Source: Octopus vulgaris (Eukaryota). Taken from it: a stretch of 64,000 bases of DNA. This document shows positions 55,670-64,000 of this stretch, piece by piece. The DNA lies in assembly GCA_951406725.2 (NCBI GenBank), contig OX597822.1, positions 73,780,001-73,844,000 on the forward strand, read 5' to 3'. The notes under the pieces were generated by a model that was not told the DNA's origin, did no database searches, and saw nothing but the letters and a program-made list of their open reading frames with translations. Each line of letters begins with the position of its first letter. Positions within the stretch are counted from its first letter, which is position 1. A program made the translations under genes and the position numbers.

Positions 55670-56468
55670 AATACATGTAAGATAACTGTATATTTCAGTA
55701 TACTAATTAAAGCAATAAAACTGTTCCTATTCCTGTAGCCCCTTCACTTATTTCAACTTTATTTTCTCTGTAAACCTTCTGGTACTGATTCCCCTGTGCA
55801 TTTACTAGTAACCCTATACTTTAGAAACTTATTTTTACAGGTAACAGTTAGTATTATTTCTTTTCTAAAGCACCATGTTTTTGTATATCACATGCTTTAG
55901 TAATCGTTTACATCATGTCATAACTATCCCACGGGTACTTTTCCTTGAATAATTTACTTTTTTATTTTGAATCTCCAGCCACGCACCCACACGCATACAT
56001 ATACAGACACAAGCATACGTACGAATTTGGGTAAGGTAAAGGTAACCTCGGGACATTGCTGTTTTAAGTCCTCGAACAGATACGTCTGGTTACTCGGTTT
56101 CCATGGCGCACAAGTGATATACATCGGAAAACTTTGCCCTAAACGGGACACCGGTCCATTGCACTTATAGATAGTTAAGTGGACTGAAGCGACGTGAAAT
56201 GAGGAGTTTTGCTCAAGAATACAACAAACTGCTCGATTGGGGAATTGAAACCACGATCTAACGATGGTGAGTGCAACACTTTACCACTAGGCCACACGCC
56301 TTTACGCGCGCGCGCACACACACACACTCACTCATTCACATACGTACGCACTTACTCAGACACATACACACTCACTCACTCACTCACTCACACACACACA
56401 CTCACTCGATCACACACGTACGCACTCACTCACTCACTCACACACACACATACACACTCACTCACTCA

Positions 56469-56546
<78 letters not shown>

Positions 56547-56974
56547 CTGATGCAATCAGTTAATAAATTTAGCTTATTTCGAATCCTTTACACTAAACAA
56601 TTTGTCACTGCTAATTTCTTTAATTTTGAATTCAAAACGCAGTGCTTCCCAACCTATTTTCCCCGCTAGCTCCACTATAATTTGCCAGAAAAATGTATGT
56701 CCCACCTGCGATTGGAAGAAAACAAAACTTTATTTTTAATATTTCATCACAATTTTGAATACAAAAGAATCTACCGGTAACTCTTATATTAAGCATTGAG
56801 TACAAAAAAATGTACATTACTGACAAAGAAAAAAGATATCACAATTCCATGTCCTATAAACAAAAAAGAAGAAAAAATGGATTCCTCGCCCAACTACAAT
56901 TTTCTTAGGCCCCACCGGTGGGGTGTTATACTCCATATTAGGAATCACAGTCTGTCTGTCTCTGCTTCTCTCTC

Positions 56975-57056
<82 letters not shown>

Positions 57057-57461
57057 TCTCTCTCTCTCTCTGTCCACCGCCCTCCCTCGGTCCCTCAACT
57101 GCACAACCCATCATGTATTCTACTATATCTTGCTTCCAGTAAATTTCAGCTCATTATGTACAGCCCCTTCTCGCTTAATTATTTTCCTTCCAAGAGTATG
57201 TCTACATTAATTTCTCCCTTACTTTCCTACTTATATTCCCTTTTAGTCATTCAAATGCGCACGCATGGTTGTGTGCACAAAAGGTTCGCTTTGCACCAAC
57301 CACGTCTTCTCGGGTTCAGACCCATCGTGTGGCCCATGTTATTGCTCTGAGTCGACCAATGCTAAGTGAGTAGATTTCGTTGACGGAAACCGTGGGAAAG
57401 CCACCGTATATATAGAAATAGACAGATGCACACACGCACATACACACACACACACATACAC

Positions 57462-57496
<35 letters not shown>

Positions 57497-57577
57497 TATA
57501 GATATATATAGTCATAATATATAGTGTACATTTAAACACATAAGGAATCCACTCGTGGAATTCAACACGCTAGAAAA

Positions 57578-57623
<46 letters not shown>

Positions 57624-57768
57624 AGCCGAATTTGCAAAGATAATCTGGAACTCGACTGAGGGAAGAAAACTCCGAATGACCCGTCCTTGTTTTCTTTGTA
57701 TCGTCTGCCTGGATGCTTTGTTGTCCCTTTTTTGTATCACCTAACTGTCCGGATGATTTGTCCCATTT

Positions 57769-57846
<78 letters not shown>

Positions 57847-58416
57847 CCCATTTTGTCCCATTTTGTATATATATATATACGTGTTTTGTGTGTTTGTGTT
57901 AGCATCCCCACCTCCGTCTGCCAATCGGTGTTGTTTTGTTTACATCCCAACAAATTAGCGGTTCGGTAAAAGATACCGACAGAATGAGTAGCAGACTTAA
58001 AAAAAAAAATAAATAAAAACGAAAGTACTGGTGTCGATTTTTTCAAATATAACTTTCAAAGCGTTGCTCCAACATGGCCGCAGTCCAAAGCCTGATGTAA
58101 CTTACAGATAAATATTCTTCGCGAAGTCTTTCTTCTTCCTTTCATTTACTTCTCGCCCTTGTTTCTGTGGTTTTCTTATCATCCTCTGGGCCATCCCCTG
58201 TACTAATGCATGCCTTCATGTATTCCCTTAAGCATTTTGCATTGATTTTCCTTCATTAGGTGTTTATGTATGTATGTATGAATGTATGTATATGTGTGTG
58301 TAATCTTTGCAATATGTGTGTGTAATCTTTGTGTGTATTGTATATTCACAATTTTTGTATGTGCGTATGTGTGTATGTTCGTATGTATATTTGTTAATAT
58401 TTATACATTTATTACA

Positions 58417-58581
58417 GGTGCAGGAGTAGCTGTGTGGTAAGTAGCTTGTTTACGATCCACATGGTTCCGGGTTTAGTCCCACTGCGTGGCACCTTGGGCA
58501 AGTGTCTTCTACTATAGCCTCGGGCCGACCAAAGCCTGATGAGTGGATTTGCTAGACGGAAACTGAAAGAAGTCTGTCGTA

Positions 58582-58632
<51 letters not shown>

Positions 58633-58649
58633 GTGTGTGTGTGTGTATC

Positions 58650-58688
<39 letters not shown>

Positions 58689-59017
58689 ATCACGTGACCG
58701 ACCAGACCATCAGATGTTGTTACACATCGCTGGTCACAATGCGTTCGCATTGTTTTAGCCTTCGAATGACGCCACCCCGCTGGCTAAGCGAGCAGGCCAA
58801 CTGAAGAAAGAGTGAGAGAAAGAGTGGTGAAGGAGTACAGCAGGGATCACCACCCCCTGCCGGAGCCTCGTGGAGCTATTAGGTGTTTTCGCTCAATAAA
58901 CACTCACAACGCCCGGTCTGGGAATCGAAACCGCGATCCTACGACCGCAAGTCCGATGCCCTAACCACTAGGCCATTGCGCCTCCGCATACACACACACA
59001 CACACACACACACACAA

Positions 59018-59061
<44 letters not shown>

Positions 59062-59255
59062 ATGTATATTTTTGTGTGTCTGTGTTTGTCCCCCTCCAAC
59101 ATCGCCCGACAACCGATGTTGGTGTGTTTACGGCCTCGTAACTTAGCGGTTCGGCAAAAGAGACCGATAGAATAAGTCCTGGGGGCCATTTGCTCGACTA
59201 AAGACGGTGCTCCAGCATGGCCTTAGTCAAATGACTGAAAGAAGTAAAAGAGTAT
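58417..59255 (+). mobile_element. SINE family A interrupted by a minus-strand family C SINE (58681-58985) in its internal microsatellite
   Basis: Family A head 58417-58580 and tail 59075-59255 flank a complete reverse family C copy. Confidence 0.8.
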
Positions 59256-59353
59256 ATGTACGAACGTGTGTGTGTGTAAGTACGTACGTGTGCGTGTATG
59301 TGCAACATTACTGGTATCGAAGTATATGTGTGTATGTGTGTGTGTGTGTGTGC

Positions 59354-59396
<43 letters not shown>

Positions 59397-59459
59397 TATT
59401 TATCTCTCACCAGATGGAGTACTTTTTTGTTGAATTTTCTATCATGAACAGTACATTAA

Positions 59460-59548
<89 letters not shown>

Positions 59549-59711
59549 CAAGAGGCAAACAGACAGAGACTGACAGACACACAGGTAGAAAGGTAGATAA
59601 ATAGATAGATAGTTAGACAGACAGATAGAAGGACAGGTAAATAGATAGATAGATATACAGGGAGCGATAGAAAGACAGATAGATAGAAAGATAGATAGAT
59701 ATACAGGGAGC

Positions 59712-59800
<89 letters not shown>

Positions 59801-60470
59801 GTGGGCATATAAATAAACAAAAAGTAAATAAATGCCATGAAAATGTAAATACAAGAATTTCATTAATGGTCTTGAAGACTGACGCCTGTCAAATGTCTTC
59901 TGCGTTTCTTTCAATTTCGAAGAAGACTACGAACCAACAGTCGAGTCCGTATGTGAGCGCTTGAATTGCTAGAGAGAGCAGCCAAACCTTCTTGAAATCA
60001 TACACTACCGTCTCAGTAAAGAAAAATATCCCACAAAATGTGATCTTGTGTTTTCTTAACACAGGAAAAAGACAGGAAGGTCATAGTCGGAATGCGCTTA
60101 CAATATCACATTTCCTTTGCTCTGCTCGATCAGGTATGGCCTGGGGCTGAACGGTAACAGACAATAAAAGCGATGTACAAATGGATTAACTCTTGACCCG
60201 AACCCAGAAGTAATTTGATACCAAAGACTAAAAAAGCTGTCTGCCTTTCTATGGCACTTTATTCCATTAACTGGTGAAATATCAAGAAGGAAGGTTATTG
60301 GTTGCGTTTAAGTGTCAATTGTCTGAACCAATCAAACGACCGCATTGGCTCTTAAAGAAACAGTTTGTTGTTTACGTTTTTCTTTTTAATATTTTGGTTT
60401 GGAGGGAAAGTGTTGAGATCGACACAGTTGATGTTTCTTAGGAAGCGCCCTGTATGTTATATTTTATGTT

Positions 60471-60930
60471 ATTATAAGTAATACAACGGCGACGAGCTGG
60501 CAGAATCGTAAGCACACTGGAGGAGTTACTTAGCGGTATTTCGTCCATCTTTACGTTCTGAGTTCAAATTCCGCCGAGGTCGGCTTTGCCTTCTATCCTT
60601 TCGGGGTCGACAAATTAAGTACCAGTTACGCACTGGGGTCGAAGTAATCGACTTAATCCCTTTGTCTGTCCTTGTTTGTCTCCTTTGTGTTTAGCCCCTT
60701 GTGGGCAATAAAGAAATAAGTATCGTTTGCACGCTGGAGGAGATGCTAAGCGGTATTTCGTCCATCTTTACGTTCTGAAGTCAAATTCCGCCGAGGTCGA
60801 CTTTATCTTTTATCTTTTCGGGGTCGATAAATTAATTACCAGTTGAGTACTGGAATCGATGTAATCGGCTATCCCCAATCCCCAAATTTCAGGCCTTGTG
60901 CCTATAATAGAAAGGATTATAAGTAATACA
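60471..60930 (+). mobile_element. Dimeric SINE family B (long-tail + short-tail) within one TSD
   Basis: attataagtaataca at 60471-60485 and 60916-60930. Confidence 0.8.
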
Positions 60931-61771
60931 GACAAAGGCGCTCAGCTAGGCGAATAGTTAGCGCGTTGGTTAAAATAAATGCGTAGCGTTATTGTTTCCT
61001 CTTCTTTTTTAATTTGCTTCAGTCATTGGACTGCGGCCATGCTGACGTACGTCAATGAAAGGTTTTGAAAAGTTTTAAAGTCTATCGGTTTCTTTTGCCG
61101 AATGGCTAAGTTACGTGCATGTAAGCAAATCAACATCGGTTGTCATGTGGTGGAAAAACAAAGGGAAAAAGATATACACACACACACACAGTTTCCACAC
61201 AGTTTCCGTAAGAGCAGTGTCGTGACAAATATCGTGTTTTTCGACATTTTAAACGTAGTGGATGCCATCCCTCCCCCGCCGTGTTCTTTCGGAAGGAGAG
61301 AAAGATAGAGAAACGATCCCAGTACTGGTACACTATCGACTTCGAAAAGATAAAAGACAACGCTGACCCTGGCGGATTTAAACTCAGAGTGGAGAGCATC
61401 GGATTTCTAACCACGAGGCATTTTATCCGACACACAAACAACTCCGTTAATTTTCCCTCTTGGCAAAACGTTTAGGAACTGCTGATCTTATACTACATGA
61501 TTCGGATCTAGTTTTTTTTTTTTTTCATTTGAAAAATATGTATTTTTTAAAAAGAAGTAAAACATCTGAAAATCGGCTATAATAATGTAGTCTTCCAGTC
61601 TCATTGCTATGAAGGTGTGAAGTTTTTGAAAAAAAAAATTTGGAGAAAAAAGTTACAGAGATTTAAAGACCGGAAAAACTCTGTATTTTTAGCCAATAGC
61701 GAGAAAGAAAATTTCTGCGTTTAGCGGAGCGGTGTCAACTTTAAGGTTGTACCGTGTGAAATTTATAGTAG

Positions 61772-61995
61772 GTTTACTGTTTTACTGTTTTACTGTTTTA
61801 CTTGTTTCAGTCATTTGACTGCGGCCATGCTGGAGCACCGCCTTTAGTCGAGCAAATCGACCCCGGAACTTATTCTTTGTAAGCCCAGTACTTATTCTAT
61901 CGGTCTCTTTTGCCGAACAGCTAAGTGACGAGGACGTAAACACACCAGCATCGGTTATCAAGCAATGCTAGGGGGACAAACACACAGACACACAA

Positions 61996-62028
<33 letters not shown>

Positions 62029-62197
62029 CATATATACGACAGGCTTCTTTCAGTTTCCGTCTACCAAGTCCACTCACAAGGCATTGGTCGGCCCGGGGCT
62101 ATAGCAGAAGACACTTGCCCAAGATGCCACGCAGTGGGACTGAACCCGGAACCATGTGGTTGGTTAGCAAACTACTTACCACACAGCCACTCCTGCG
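61772..62197 (-). mobile_element. SINE family A, full length
   Basis: Consensus match; highly similar to 5785-6195. Confidence 0.9.
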
Positions 62198-62463
62198 TCC
62201 TTAATATATACGTAATATTAATATATACGTCTTAATATATACGTAATAAAATCAGCATATATCATCTTACTGCTTTTTTTCGCCTCTTCATTGATTGTAT
62301 GTTTTTGTTATTTTTTAAATTTGTTATATTAATATATTTGTCTGCGTGTGTTTACTTTATGTGTATTTCAGTATTATGTATACCTGCCATGTATTTTTTG
62401 TATATTATTAATATATAAGTGCATGTAGATGTATGTATTCATATATGTCTATATGTACATGTA

Positions 62464-62534
<71 letters not shown>

Positions 62535-63012
62535 ATGTGTGTGTGTGTGAAGGGAGGGTGTCTGTCTCCAGAACTCAAAAGTTGAGTAACGTTTCCCTGC
62601 TTGGATTTGTAAACTACAATAAGAATAACACTAGTCAACAAAAATTTTGTCCCAAGGAAAAGAATACCCGTATCTTATATGTTTTTGTATGCAAAATTCA
62701 AAAATGATATCAAATTATCTGTACCACCCACAGTTTCTCTATTCCACAATATTCCTCTCAGTTCCTGTTACGTGGGCTAAATTTCAGTTAAGCTGTTGAA
62801 ATGTGAAGCTAACGGTTTAAGAAATACTCCTAATTTAAATTTTTGTGAATAGAATCAACCTTGTGAAATCATAAATCCAGCTATCCTGAGTCAATGAGCC
62901 CCCAAAATATATGAAATGAAAATTATGTAAAAATGTTAACACACAGAAAAAGTCAGAAAAATACTAACACGCAGAAGCACAGAAAAATATGTTGCATCGA
63001 TACACCAAAATT

Positions 63013-63198
63013 CAAGGTCCGAAATTTTTGGGGAGGTGGTCAGTCAATTAGTACCCAACTGGCACTTTATTTATCGACCCCGAGAGGATGAAAGGCAAAG
63101 TCAACCTCAGCGGAATTTGAACTCAGAACGCAAAGACAGACGAAATGCCGCCAAGGATTTCGCCCGGCGTGCTAACATTTCTGCCAGTTCACCGTCTT
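63013..63198 (-). mobile_element. SINE family B with 17-bp TSD, inserted in an older repeat
   Basis: atcgatacaccaaaatt (62996-63012) / atcgatataccaaaatt (63199-63215). Confidence 0.8.
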
Positions 63199-64000
63199 AT
63201 CGATATACCAAAATTGAAAGCAATCTGAACAAAATTAAAGGGGCTCGTTTTGCGAATGAAAAAGACAAGATCCCATGATTCACTGTGTCCTTCCTTTTTA
63301 TATTGCAGTAGTATGTGATTTTAGAGATTTGGTTGTTATTTCTAGCAAGTGAAACCAAGCCACCGCATTGAACCTTCCTTGTTAACTATCGTGATTGGAC
63401 TAGGTGAAGGTGGTGGTTTTCTATCAGTTACAGTAGAACGCATAAAAATAGTCAGTAAGAAGCTTCTGTAGTTGGTAACTAATTTTAATGTTACGGGAAG
63501 TAAAAATCTGCCTAGGAAGCTAACGACATTTCTTCCCCGTAGTTCAATTTTTTTTTTCCTTTTGAGCACTCTTCCAGATGTGTGAATTGCTGTGCTTCAC
63601 TGTAATTGAAACTTGATCTTTGGTCATAAAATCAGCAGTTTGTTTGGGGCCTGTATTTTTCAACCTTGAAAAAAAAAACAAAAAAAACAGAAAGAGAATT
63701 TTGTGATGTATTTAAGGCTCAATGATATACATGCTTCCTTCGGTGCTCATGACAGATTATAAACCTAGTAATATTAGCATCTCTGGCCATTTTAATTGTG
63801 TGTTGTTCACAAATAGTTAAGAATGTACAAAGAGTTGCGGCTGTTGTTTAATCCAGCTTCAACTTTGATCCAGTAGAATTATGCGAAAAAGCGTTCCAAC
63901 CAAGTCCATCCTGCCTTCCCTTTTTTTTTTATTAAAGTAAGGAGGTATTTTAACCCTTCGCTTATCCTATGTATTACATGTGATACACAAGACATATTTG

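Noticed and set aside
57618-57770. Short repeat in (TA)n related to 18672-18805, with a hairpin-GAA motif
   Set aside because: The core is too degenerate to call a hammerhead; family unassigned.

Overview
AT-rich, repeat-saturated animal genomic DNA. The SINE families and microsatellite density resemble an octopus/cephalopod genome (inference). Nearly all listed ORFs are microsatellite or SINE artefacts. The only convincing host coding sequence is a 45-codon minus-strand first coding exon (33750-33884) with a signal peptide, an 'ARCxxxCL' anosmin/fend-like motif and a GTAAGT donor. The rest comprises three tRNA-derived SINE families; decayed LINE fragments (CR1-like, R4/Dong-like, Tx1-like); Penelope-like (PLE) GIY-YIG remnants; mariner-derived and palindromic MITEs; and microsatellites. 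The most notable structure is a recurrent non-coding retroelement (8 insertions): tRNA-like Pol III head + (AAT)n + minimal hammerhead-ribozyme module + 3' tail. It is usually inserted as an asymmetric inverted pair flanked by 9-15 bp target-site duplications (TSDs), and its (AAT)n tract hosts nested Dong-like and Tx1-like LINE insertions. All calls are by eye; no searches or folding were run, and repeat boundaries are approximate.
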